Positions 39,493 to 48,341 of a DNA stretch of 52,129 nt are shown piece by piece; within the stretch, counting starts at the first letter, position 1; each line of letters opens with the position of its first letter. Both the position numbers and the translations under genes were made by a program. This stretch comes from Limisphaerales bacterium (GTDB taxonomy: Bacteria; Verrucomicrobiota; Verrucomicrobiia; Limisphaerales; SIBE01): positions 1 to 52,129 of the forward strand of contig JBGAIN010000038.1 in assembly GCA_044225505.1 (NCBI GenBank), given 5' to 3'. Below the pieces are notes generated by a model. The model worked only from the letters and a program-made list of their open reading frames with translations, searched no databases and had not been told where the DNA came from.

Positions 39493-40227
39493 TTAAGCAG
39501 TTAGTTGCTCTGTCAATGCTTGCGCGCGAGGGAACAACACCGAGTTCTCCAGGTGGATATGTCGGTGAAGATCTTCCTCGAGTTCTTGGAGTCCAGCGAA
39601 AAGTGCCCGGTAAGTGTTGCAGGCATCAGCCGGAGCGTGAAAATCACTGGACAACTCGCGCAGACGCGCCAGTGCAGCCCCAGCGTCTTCATGCTCATGC
39701 AACATGCACGAAATGGGTCCGTCCAAGCAGACGGGCGAGCTAGCGCCTCCGCTGATCGCTTTGACGAGTGGAAACAGAATTTGCTCCTCTTTCGCGAGAT
39801 GGCTCGTCAGCTCGGATTCCAACTCCGCGAAAACTTGGAACAACTCGATGAGCGATGGGGTATGTCCACCGTGCACTTGTGCAACTCGGGCAGACATGGT
39901 GCGCAAACGAGGCAGCTCACGGCGCAGGAAATCATGATGCACGCGAACGATGTGGTCGGCTAACTCGTCGAGAGGAAGCTCCGCAGGGTTCTGCTCTGGC
40001 GCAGGCTTACCTTTGAATTCGATTTCGAGCTGTTCAATTAGCGCCTGGGTTGGAATCCCTTTGCGCTCACAGGCCTCACGCAACGTGCGGCCTCCTTGGC
40101 AGCAGAAATCAATGGCAAAAGATTGGAACACTCGCGAACAACTGGGCCGCTCGGCGACAATCTCACCGACCGTCCGATCTGGAAGGGGAGTTCCAGGTGG
40201 CGAAACAACGTTTAATTTGTGACTCAT
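39493..40227 (-). CDS. ric: Iron-sulfur cluster repair di-iron protein (Ric/YtfE/ScdA)
   Basis: IDFCCQGG, HIVRVHH, HLAKEEQILFP, MLHEHE, HRHIHLENSVLFP. Confidence 0.93.
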   Translation of the reverse strand: MSHKLNVVSPPGTPLPDRTVGEIVAERPSCSRVFQSFAIDFCCQGGRTLREACERKGIPTQALIEQLEIEFKGKPAPEQNPAELPLDELADHIVRVHHDFLRRELPRLRTMSARVAQVHGGHTPSLIELFQVFAELESELTSHLAKEEQILFPLVKAISGGASSPVCLDGPISCMLHEHEDAGAALARLRELSSDFHAPADACNTYRALFAGLQELEEDLHRHIHLENSVLFPRAQALTEQLTA

Positions 40228-40234
40228 AAGCAAA

Positions 40235-40254
40235 TCAAGAAACTACTGTCTTTA
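40235..40254. promoter_or_regulatory. Candidate Rrf2 operator
   Basis: TCAAGAAACTACTGTCTTTA; 14 of 20 positions palindromic, AT-rich, 7 nt upstream of ric ATG. Confidence 0.55.
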
Positions 40255-40670
40255 ATTCGTGATCTAGTTCTCCCTGCGAAGCGGGTTTCGCGCTAACCCT
40301 CCTTTGTCCGAGCCTACCCTTAACTTGGCGCACTGTTCTTCGCCCAAGCTCGCGATATTCAACAGGCCTTGGGCTGAGCATTATCGGGTGGTCGTAGGTG
40401 TGAGAAAGGCTCTTTGAATTGTCGGACGGGAAGGCCAATGCCTCTGGAAGACAGCGCGTTGCTGGTGGAGGTCGAACTCCTCCGGCGACTGACAGCTTTA
40501 ATGATGTCCGCTGGCGCAGCTTGCACGACCGGCGTACGGCAGCCGCGTCATTACACGGGCCTCTCTTGAAGCATGGCGCGCCTTCCGTGCGACCGGCAGA
40601 GGTGCGATTCGGATGCGCGGGACGCTGAGACTGGGCGAGCGGCTTAATCCATGGAATCGAGGACTGCTCC

Positions 40671-41759
40671 TCAGTTCGCGATGGTTTCGGCCTGCAAGCT
40701 TCTTCGGACTCCGTCGCGAACAAATGTGACGACCACATGTTCGCCTACGGACCAAGAGAGCCAGCTGTCTGCGAACCGCTTCTCCTGCAGCACGTCTACG
40801 CCGTTCAATTCAACGATGCGATCACCGACTTCGAGACCCGCACGCGGGGCGAGGCTCGCCTGGTCAAAACCCCGGACCACGAGCTCTGTTCGTGGCCAGG
40901 CCCCGGCTTCGTCTTGAAGTCCCAAGCGGGCCTTCGGGATGAGAAGCAGGGACGCTGCAAAACTGCTCCTTTCGCCTGAGCCACCTCTCAGAGTGGAACT
41001 GTTGTCACTGCGAATCTGGACACCTTGCGCTCCCAGCGTCGCAGCGGCAATGGCGGCTTTGCGCTTGAACTCCTCGATCGTCTCGCAGGGGTTTTCCCAG
41101 TCCCTCAGCACACCAATGGTGATGGTTCTTCGCGCCGCGCCTGGCTCGAGAAACACAATCTGGTCCGGAGGGGTGCTCGAGAGAAATAGGAAGTTTGCGT
41201 AAAGGTTAAACTGCAGCGGTAACGCATCGACCACGTTGCTGCGGGACTGGGTCTTAATCCGAATGTCATAGGTGCTGGAGAACTGATTGAAGACGGCTTC
41301 GACCTCGTACACTTCCGCGTAGCCTGAGGGCTCCCTTCGAAAGCAAACGATGGTGTTCGCTGCGGACGGGGATCCCAGCTCGGAGTCGATAAACGATAGG
41401 CCTCTGCTCTCCGGACGCAGTGGCGTCATGACGCGGTTGACAGGGCTGGAGGTTGCGGTCGCCAGGTGGTTGGTGTTTTGCAGCACGACGAAATAGGAAA
41501 AGCCGTGGGCAAAGGCGACTTCCGCGCACCTTAAAAGGCATAACTCGACTGCCTTGGCTTTGGAAGTGTGTGCATTTCCGGGGACACGCACGGCGAAGAC
41601 ATTTCGACCGAGTTGTTTTTCAGAATAACCCCGCGGCGTCTCGGGGCCAGAGACTGTCGTGCACCCAGCTAACAGAACTAGCCATCCGGCGAGCAAAGAC
41701 TGGATTGCCAACCCGATGGCATGTCTTCCGCCGGTCGAACTGGACGTGGTGACGTGCAT
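40671..41759 (-). CDS. Lipoprotein with CC0125/CC1285-like N-domain and C-terminal PDZ domain
   Basis: LLAGC lipobox; GYSE......F.V...GN..TS.......LLR.AE.....GF.YF; SLAPRAGLEVGDRIVELNG...V.RDG. Confidence 0.7.
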   Translation of the reverse strand: MHVTTSSSTGGRHAIGLAIQSLLAGWLVLLAGCTTVSGPETPRGYSEKQLGRNVFAVRVPGNAHTSKAKAVELCLLRCAEVAFAHGFSYFVVLQNTNHLATATSSPVNRVMTPLRPESRGLSFIDSELGSPSAANTIVCFRREPSGYAEVYEVEAVFNQFSSTYDIRIKTQSRSNVVDALPLQFNLYANFLFLSSTPPDQIVFLEPGAARRTITIGVLRDWENPCETIEEFKRKAAIAAATLGAQGVQIRSDNSSTLRGGSGERSSFAASLLLIPKARLGLQDEAGAWPRTELVVRGFDQASLAPRAGLEVGDRIVELNGVDVLQEKRFADSWLSWSVGEHVVVTFVRDGVRRSLQAETIAN

Positions 41760-41797
41760 ATCTGTTGTCGCACAAGCTTGACACTGCGTCAGGCGAG

Positions 41798-42472
41798 CTA
41801 ATCAACGAACGTGGTCTGGAGGCTGCCTTCGATCACGCCGGCAGCCATCGCGTATCGGGTCAGACCGGCGGTGTCATGGATGCCAAGCTTTTCCATAAGC
41901 CGCTGCCGGTGCTTTTCGACCGTCTTGATGCTGATGCCAAGCTCAGCCGCAATCTGCTTGTTGGCCTTGCCCTCGGCGATCAGTTGCAGCGCTTCAACTT
42001 CTCGGGGACTCAGTTGTGCGGCCTTTTGCATGAGCAAACCGGATGCAGAAACGGGATTGCCATTGCCGAATCGTTTCGCAATGGACGGAGTGAAGTAGAC
42101 GTTCCCTTTTTGCACCTCCCGAATGGCTCGAGAGAGCACATGGGCGGAGGTTTGTTTCAGGAGAAATCCTTTGGCGCCGAATTCGAGGGCTCTTTCGACG
42201 TAGGCATCGTCGCTGTGTGCGGAGAGAATTAGGACCTTGGTATTGGAGACCTGCTTGAGAATCTGCCGAGTTGCTTCCAGACCGTTGAGCAGAGGCATGG
42301 CAATGTCCATGACGACGACAGCGGGGCGCAGTTTACGAGCCATCTCCACTGCCTGGCGGCCCGTTTGGGCTTCGCCCACTACTTCCAGATCGGTTTCGGC
42401 CTCGAGCAGTTTTCGCAAGCCTTGCCGGACCACCATATGATCTTCGGCTAACAGGACGGTCGTCGGTTTCAT
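41798..42472 (-). CDS. NarL/FixJ (LuxR-HTH) response regulator, no adjacent kinase
   Basis: LLAEDH, VMDIAMP, ILSAH, FLLK; LSPREVEALQLIAEGKANKQIAAELGISIKTVEKHR. Confidence 0.93.
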   Translation of the reverse strand: MKPTTVLLAEDHMVVRQGLRKLLEAETDLEVVGEAQTGRQAVEMARKLRPAVVVMDIAMPLLNGLEATRQILKQVSNTKVLILSAHSDDAYVERALEFGAKGFLLKQTSAHVLSRAIREVQKGNVYFTPSIAKRFGNGNPVSASGLLMQKAAQLSPREVEALQLIAEGKANKQIAAELGISIKTVEKHRQRLMEKLGIHDTAGLTRYAMAAGVIEGSLQTTFVD

Positions 42473-42532
42473 GCCAATTTTGTTTTAAATCTCGATGACG
42501 CTGTAATCTCGTCAAGCGTTACCGAAGCGCAA

Positions 42533-44161
42533 TCAGTAGCGCCTTTCGGCTGGGAGATTCGCTTGCAGAGTGGTTGTGGCGTTCTCTGGGGCTTCGCTAA
42601 TCAAACATTCTGCCGTCAAGAGCAAGCCTGCGATCGACGCGGCGTTCTGCAGCGCGGTCCGCGTAACTTTTTTTGGGTCGATGATTCCCGCTTTGACGAG
42701 ATCGGTGTACTCGCCGGTGGCGACATCATAGCCTTCATTGCCTTTGCGCCGCTTCACTTGCTCTACGACCACGGCGCCCTCCACGCCCGCGTTGTTGGCC
42801 AGGGCTCGGGTCGGGTACTCCAGGGCGCGCATGACAATCTGGACGCCGATTCGTTCATCTTCGTTCTACGTCGTCACAGCCTCGACAGCCGGCAAGCAGC
42901 GGATGAGTGCGACGCCACCACCGACGACGACGCCTTCCTCGACAGCTGCCCGAGTGGCATGGAGGGCGTCTTCCACGCGGGCTTTCGTTTCCTTCATTTC
43001 CATGTCGGTAGCGGCACCGACGCTGATCACGGCAACCCCTCCAGCGAGCTTGGCTAGACGTTCCTGGAATTGCTCACGGTCATAGTCTGTTGAAGCTTCC
43101 TCGATCGCGCGGCGCAATTGGGTGATGCGGCCTTGGATTTCCGCGCTGCGCCCTCCACCACCGACCAGGGTCGTGTGGTCTTTGTCCACCACCACGCTTT
43201 TTGCCTGGCCCAGGTCAGCGAGTTCGACTTTCTCCAATTTTATCCCAAGATCTTCGCTGATGAACTTGGCGCCGGTCAGGATGGCGAGATCTTCACTCAT
43301 GGATTTGCGTCGGTCGCCAAATCCGGGTGCCTTGACCGCACAGCCAGTGAGGCCGCCGCGCAGTTTGTTGAGCACGAGGGTTGCCAGGACGTCACCTTCG
43401 ACGTCCTCCGCCACAACGAGCAGCGGTTTGCCCGCTTTGGCCACCTTTTCCAGGAGCGGCAACAGTTCTCTTATGCTGTTGATCTTCTTTTCGCAAACCA
43501 GGATGTAGGCCTCTTCGAGTGCAACTTCCATCCGCTCGCCATTCGTGACGAAGTACGGCGAGAGGTAACCCTTATCGAACTGCATCCCTTCGACAATTTT
43601 CATGGTCGTCTCTGTCGAATTCGCCTGATCGACAGTGATTGTGCCGTCTTTTCCCACCTTCTCCATGGCGTCGGCGATGATTTGACCGATAGCAGGGTCC
43701 CAGTTGGCAGACACCGTGGCGACTTGTTTGATCTCCTCTTTGTCCTTCACTTTCTTAGAAATCTTTTCCAGGTACGCGACTGCCCCTTCAACGGCTTTGG
43801 CAATCCCTCGCTGGATTCCAATCGGATTGGCCCCAGCGGAAACGTATTTCAAGCCTTCGGTATAAATGGCCTCAGTCAAAACCGTGGCTGTGGTCGTGCC
43901 GTCACCAGCACCCTCGCTCGTCCGACTCGCGACTTCGCGCACTAACTGCGCGCCCATGTTTTCGAACGGATCTTCCAGCTCAATCTCTTTGGCGACCGTT
44001 ACACCATCTTTGGTTACAGTTGGCGAACCATATTTCCTGTCCAAGACGACATTGCGGCCCTTCGGTCCGAGCGTTGCGGTGACGGCCTTCGATAGCTTGA
44101 CCACGCCACGGAGCAGGGCTTGGCGGGCGGCTTCGTCAAATAGGAGTTGTTTTGCAGCCAT
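42533..44161 (-). pseudogene. groEL: Chaperonin GroEL paralog interrupted by one in-frame TAG (42866-42868)
   Basis: [44 protein letters not shown]; same frame continues after [21 protein letters not shown]...[21 protein letters not shown]. Confidence 0.85.
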
Positions 44162-44367
44162 AAATAAGAGTCGTCTGAGATGGACAAAACGTTCTATCCA
44201 TCATCCCGAGAATATTCTCCGAGGGCAGCGTTCGGGCTCCTCCGGTTTCTGAGGTCCTATCGGTGTCGCGATTGGCATTCCGCAAGCAGGTCCAATTGGG
44301 GCCACGAATCGGAACGGTGGTCGTTTCGGGTAAAGCGTCTACGTCTCAGATCAGTGTTCTTCGGGAT

Positions 44368-44411
44368 ACGTTACGTTGTTGCCGCTTCCCGGCTATGGGG
44401 TCTAACCCTAC
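44368..44411 (-). promoter_or_regulatory. Degenerate palindrome plus -10 box facing groEL
   Basis: Minus strand GTAGGGTTAGACCCCAT-N21-TAACGT. Confidence 0.5.
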
Positions 44412-44564
44412 CGCCATTCAGGACTGCCATTCTCCGCCCAGCTGAAAGGGGACTAAACCTTGCTGAAACTTGACTTCGTGGTCAGGAACTCATGGGCAAA
44501 CTTCGGAGGTTTCCAGGGAAGGAGTTGGCGCCTTATAAACCCTCATTGCTCGACCCATGGCGTT

Positions 44565-44591
44565 TTGTCACTCAGGGGTGCCGAGTGCAAA
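44565..44591. promoter_or_regulatory. CIRCE-like (HrcA) element
   Basis: TTGTCACTC-N9-GAGTGCAAA versus TTAGCACTC-N9-GAGTGCTAA (3 mismatches), upstream of groEL. Confidence 0.65.
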
Positions 44592-44637
44592 TGGGGTAAA
44601 TACCCCATACCGCTCGCTCATTGGCTTTCGATAGAAT
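44591..44637 (+). promoter_or_regulatory. 18-bp palindrome plus -10 box facing the radical SAM gene
   Basis: ATGGGGTAAATACCCCAT-N23-TAGAAT. Confidence 0.7.
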
Positions 44638-44680
44638 CGTTGTCAACCGTGGCTAAATCCAGTTTGCCGCCGTTTGAACC

Positions 44681-46303
44681 ATGATCGTGTTTCTAATTCA
44701 TATCCGAGATCCGCAGTTCTACGCATTGCCGGCGAAAACGCGCGCCAAGAATGGCAACATCCGCGTCATGGGTTTCCCGCCCATTGGAATCATGTCGCTC
44801 TCTTCCGTTTTGAAACGGGCGGGCCACGAGTGTTTCATGTTCGATCAGGCGAATCCGGAAACGCCCAACGAGCTCATAATCGAGGAGATCAAGCGAAAGC
44901 AACCGGTTTTGGTCGGGTTAAGTTTTTTGAGTACGACAAGTTATCCTTACGCGAAGGTGCTGGCCCGCCAGATCCGCACAGCGCACTCGACGGTCAAGCT
45001 CGCGTTCGGTGGCGTGTTTGCCAGCTTGAACGCGCCTCTCGTCAAGCTCCAATGTCCCGAGGTGGACTTTGTCTGTCGAGGTGATGGAGAACAACTCATT
45101 CTGGACCTGCTGGAACATCTGGACGACCCGACCGCGGTCGCCAGTCTGACTTGGGCCAGGGATGGCCAGGTGATCAACAACCCGAACCGGAAGGTGGAAC
45201 GTCACCTCGATCAATGGCCATTTCCAGACCGAGAGAGTTTGCCCTTGGATTTCGTTGAATCGATGCCGCTGGATGTTCCCGCGGTGCTCTCTCTTGAGCG
45301 GTTCACCATCATGCAGACCTCCAGAGGGTGTCCCTGGTCGTGCGTCTTCTGCGACATTCCCGTTTTTAATGAGGGAAAATGGCGTTCCCGGAGTCCAGAC
45401 CACGTCGTGCAGGAGTTTAAATATCTTCAGGAACGGGGCTACGGTTCCGTCTATTTTGTCGACGACCACTTTCTGCTGCAGCCAAAACGAATTGAGGCCA
45501 TCTGCGAGGGCATCAACGCGAATAATGTGACGATTCAATGGGGATGCGAAGGCCGCGTTGACTCTGTCGCCCAACATTTGTTTCCTGCTATGGCCAAGGC
45601 ACACTGCCGGACTCTCATGTTTGGGATCGAGAGCGGCAGTCAGAGAATTCTGGACCGGGTCCGGAAAGAGCAGACGTTGGCAGAAGTCGAGACTGCCGTA
45701 CGCAATGCCAAGAAGGCCGGAATCGAAATTGTTCATGGATTCTTCGTGGTCGGTAATCCCGGCGAGACTGTGGAGGAGATGAAGGCCACGTTCGATTTCG
45801 CCGCGCAGCTCCCCTTGGACACCTTCGGCTTCAACCGGCTCTGCGTATATCGCGGAACGCCGCTCTGGCAAGAGTATGTGAAGCGCGGGCTGGTTGATGA
45901 TGCCGCGGACTGGTACAAATACTTTAAATGCTCGGCGATCGACCCCACGTGCCTGTCGGGTGAGCGCATCAACGAGGTCCGGCGTGAAGGGCTGAGGCGC
46001 TTGTTTATCTACAAGCTCTTGCACTATCCGTGGCAGACGATCCGCCTTCTGCGCCGCTTCTTACGACACATGCCAGCGCGGGATGTCGGTTATCTCATCC
46101 TCAAGCCATTCCTAGGAAAGAAGACAGGCGCTACCAAGGCCGAGTTATTCTCGCGCGCGGTCGAACACGGAGCGGTCAAAGACGCAGCCGGCGAGTTGAC
46201 CCATTTGGCCGATGACATTTTGGAGCACGTTTTGCGTGAGTCGCAGGCGGAGCGCCTTCGGATTCAGCGGGAGGGGGAAGCGGTCGTCGGCCAGACGTCT
46301 TGA
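44681..46303 (+). CDS. Cobalamin-binding radical SAM protein (class B methyltransferase-like)
   Basis: PPIG..SL, GLS, GG, GDGE B12 domain; TSRGCPWSCVFC; GIESGSQRIL. Confidence 0.9.
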   Translation: MIVFLIHIRDPQFYALPAKTRAKNGNIRVMGFPPIGIMSLSSVLKRAGHECFMFDQANPETPNELIIEEIKRKQPVLVGLSFLSTTSYPYAKVLARQIRTAHSTVKLAFGGVFASLNAPLVKLQCPEVDFVCRGDGEQLILDLLEHLDDPTAVASLTWARDGQVINNPNRKVERHLDQWPFPDRESLPLDFVESMPLDVPAVLSLERFTIMQTSRGCPWSCVFCDIPVFNEGKWRSRSPDHVVQEFKYLQERGYGSVYFVDDHFLLQPKRIEAICEGINANNVTIQWGCEGRVDSVAQHLFPAMAKAHCRTLMFGIESGSQRILDRVRKEQTLAEVETAVRNAKKAGIEIVHGFFVVGNPGETVEEMKATFDFAAQLPLDTFGFNRLCVYRGTPLWQEYVKRGLVDDAADWYKYFKCSAIDPTCLSGERINEVRREGLRRLFIYKLLHYPWQTIRLLRRFLRHMPARDVGYLILKPFLGKKTGATKAELFSRAVEHGAVKDAAGELTHLADDILEHVLRESQAERLRIQREGEAVVGQTS

Positions 46304-46637
46304 GAGGCGGTGGCAGCGGCAGGTGATCAGGGCGCATCAGCGGTTCCGAGCTGTCCCCAGCGGCGATCCTGTGGCTGCTTAGGAAATGGTTCACTTTTGA
46401 CGCAAGCGCTCTCTTTAGGACCTGATTTCGAAGATATTGCCCGTTCTGTTGGGATGCCGTTTGGAGACAATCCGATGCTGTCGCACTTAAACAAGGCCGC
46501 ATCGGCATTCCCAAAATCCCTTCGGCTCTCTGTAACCCAGAGCGTTAACATAAAGTTCTGGAATGACTCAAACGTTCCTTTATCCCACCCCTTCGTTGGG
46601 CACTCTTCGTAGGTAACACGGAGCAGAGGATCGGAAA

Positions 46638-46655
46638 GTGGGGTCAGCACCCCAT
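46638..46655. promoter_or_regulatory. 18-bp palindrome copy
   Basis: GTGGGGTCAGCACCCCAT. Confidence 0.6.
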
Positions 46656-46751
46656 GTGCATGGGCAGCGGCCGCTCTGAGGTTATTTAGTGGATTCCGAT
46701 TCGCGCTCGATCGCACGGATCTACCAGGCCGGTCCGAGTTGCACCGTCGAA

Positions 46752-46796
46752 CTGGGGCGAAGACCCCATAGCATTGGTGCCTGAGTCCGTTAGGGT
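46752..46796 (+). promoter_or_regulatory. 18-bp palindrome plus -10 box facing the lipoprotein-rpmI genes
   Basis: CTGGGGCGAAGACCCCAT-N21-TAGGGT. Confidence 0.65.
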
Positions 46797-46803
46797 GAGG
46801 GAT

Positions 46804-47364
46804 ATGAAAACACTTTTCGTGCTCGGTTTCTCAGGTTTCAGCCTGGTGGCACTGACCGTCGGCTGCAACAAACAGGAACCGGTCACACCCGCTGTCTCGG
46901 CGGTTGCCGTCCAGGCTCCGGTCCCGCCGTCGGAGGTTCTTAAAGCGACGAACAGCCAGCCCTCCGCGGACGCCCTGAAAGCCAACGACGCGCCGAGAGA
47001 GCAAGAGGCTATGGCCAAGAAACAAGCCGATGCGGATAAAGCGACCCAGGCGCTAAAGCAGGCGGCCGACGACAAGATGGCAGCCGAGCAATTGGCTGCT
47101 GCCAAGCAGTCGCAACTCGCAACGGGGGCAGGCAAGGTGCAAGCGCTCATCGACACGGCCAAGACTCTCGCATCGGACAACAAATGGTCGGAAGTCCTCA
47201 AGATTCTCGCCGGACTGGCCGGACAGTCGCTGACTCCGACTCAACAAAGCGTCGTCGACGGTTTGAAATCGAATGCTCAGAAACAGCTTGAATCCGGGCT
47301 CGCTAATAGGGCTGCCACCGATGCGGGCGGTGCCATCGGCGGACTCTTGGCGCCCAAGAAGTAG
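46804..47364 (+). CDS. Ala/Lys/Gln-rich lipoprotein
   Basis: MKTLFVLGFSGFSLVALTVGC lipobox; helical low-complexity body. Confidence 0.8.
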   Translation: MKTLFVLGFSGFSLVALTVGCNKQEPVTPAVSAVAVQAPVPPSEVLKATNSQPSADALKANDAPREQEAMAKKQADADKATQALKQAADDKMAAEQLAAAKQSQLATGAGKVQALIDTAKTLASDNKWSEVLKILAGLAGQSLTPTQQSVVDGLKSNAQKQLESGLANRAATDAGGAIGGLLAPKK

Positions 47365-47405
47365 AGAGTCCTTGTCCAGGTCAAACACGTTGAAGAAAGA
47401 AGACT

Positions 47406-47615
47406 ATGCGACGCCCCAAGGGTATCAAAACGCGGAAATCGGTGGCTAAACGGTTCAAGCTCAGCGCTACTGGCAAAGTGCTCTGTCGAGGCGCTGGGAA
47501 GCGACACTTGATGGCTTCCAAGAGTCCGAAGCGCCGTCGGAGATTGGGCAAAGCGCGCGCTCTCGGAGCAACGGACGTCTATCGAGTCGTCCAGAACCTG
47601 CCATTCGATCGTTGA
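47406..47615 (+). CDS. rpmI: 50S ribosomal protein L35 (stand-alone copy)
   Basis: KTRKSVAKRFKLSATGKV....GKRHLM..KS.KR.RRL...LPF. Confidence 0.9.
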   Translation: MRRPKGIKTRKSVAKRFKLSATGKVLCRGAGKRHLMASKSPKRRRRLGKARALGATDVYRVVQNLPFDR

Positions 47616-47676
47616 CGTCTGGACGAAGCTAGATCACGCGGGCTCATATCGATAACTCCCTCCCAAAGGATCCATT

Positions 47677-47889
47677 GTGAACCCGCGGTGCGAACTTAAT
47701 GTGATTGGATGGCCCACTGAAGAGGAGATTCATGCAATCTCCCCGCAGCTGAGCCAGATCAGCCAGGATGGCACGTCATCAGAACCTCGCGGCGATTACT
47801 TCAGAAGCGGAGACATCGCTTATCAGCTTCAGGAAATTCTGTGTATGACCAGGGAATTGCTCAAGAAAAGTCAGCGCGCCAAGGGCTGA
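47677..47889 (+). CDS. Hypothetical small protein
   Basis: ORF fills the gap in a same-strand run; no motif recognised. Confidence 0.25.
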   Translation: MNPRCELNVIGWPTEEEIHAISPQLSQISQDGTSSEPRGDYFRSGDIAYQLQEILCMTRELLKKSQRAKG

Positions 47890-47965
47890 GAAAACCGTTG
47901 CCACAGAATGAACGTTTAATTCGTGGCGACGGGTTCGCCGGCGCACACGCGAAAGGCCCAGACTG

Positions 47966-48322
47966 ATGATCAGAAACAACATCGCTACCTACGCGACCAC
48001 GGTGGGTGGAGGTCTCCTGGTCTTGGCCGGATTGTTTGGCTTTGGTTTCTCGAAGTTCCTGGGGCTGCCATTCAGTCCGCTGCTAAATCTGGTCCATCTG
48101 GTTTCTGGAATGTTGGCCATCTATTTCGGATTGAAAAACGCTCCATTAAGAACGGTGCGAAGTTTCTGCGGGGCGCTGGGAGGATTCTACAGCCTCGCGG
48201 GAATGGCGGATTTTGTCTTCTTCGGGCTGGGCCATGCTCTGATCCATTTTGCACTTGGAGCAGGGTTTATCATTGTCGCCCTGATGCAGCCGTTGCCAAC
48301 CACTCTATACTCGCCTCGCTAA
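47966..48322 (+). CDS. Small membrane protein, DUF4383-like
   Basis: Four hydrophobic segments; NLVHLVSG and LIHFALG His-containing helices. Confidence 0.65.
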   Translation: MIRNNIATYATTVGGGLLVLAGLFGFGFSKFLGLPFSPLLNLVHLVSGMLAIYFGLKNAPLRTVRSFCGALGGFYSLAGMADFVFFGLGHALIHFALGAGFIIVALMQPLPTTLYSPR

Positions 48323-48341
48323 ACGCACTGGCGAAATCTCA

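Noticed and set aside
42866..42868. Genome-wide TAG recoding or pyrrolysine
   Set aside because: TAG terminates several genes at natural ends (7980, 15221, 15400, 47364, 49403); no pyl genes in the window.
44178..44240. groES remnant (SENILGMMD resembles the GroES C-terminus EDDILGI)
   Set aside because: Match too short to support without an alignment.
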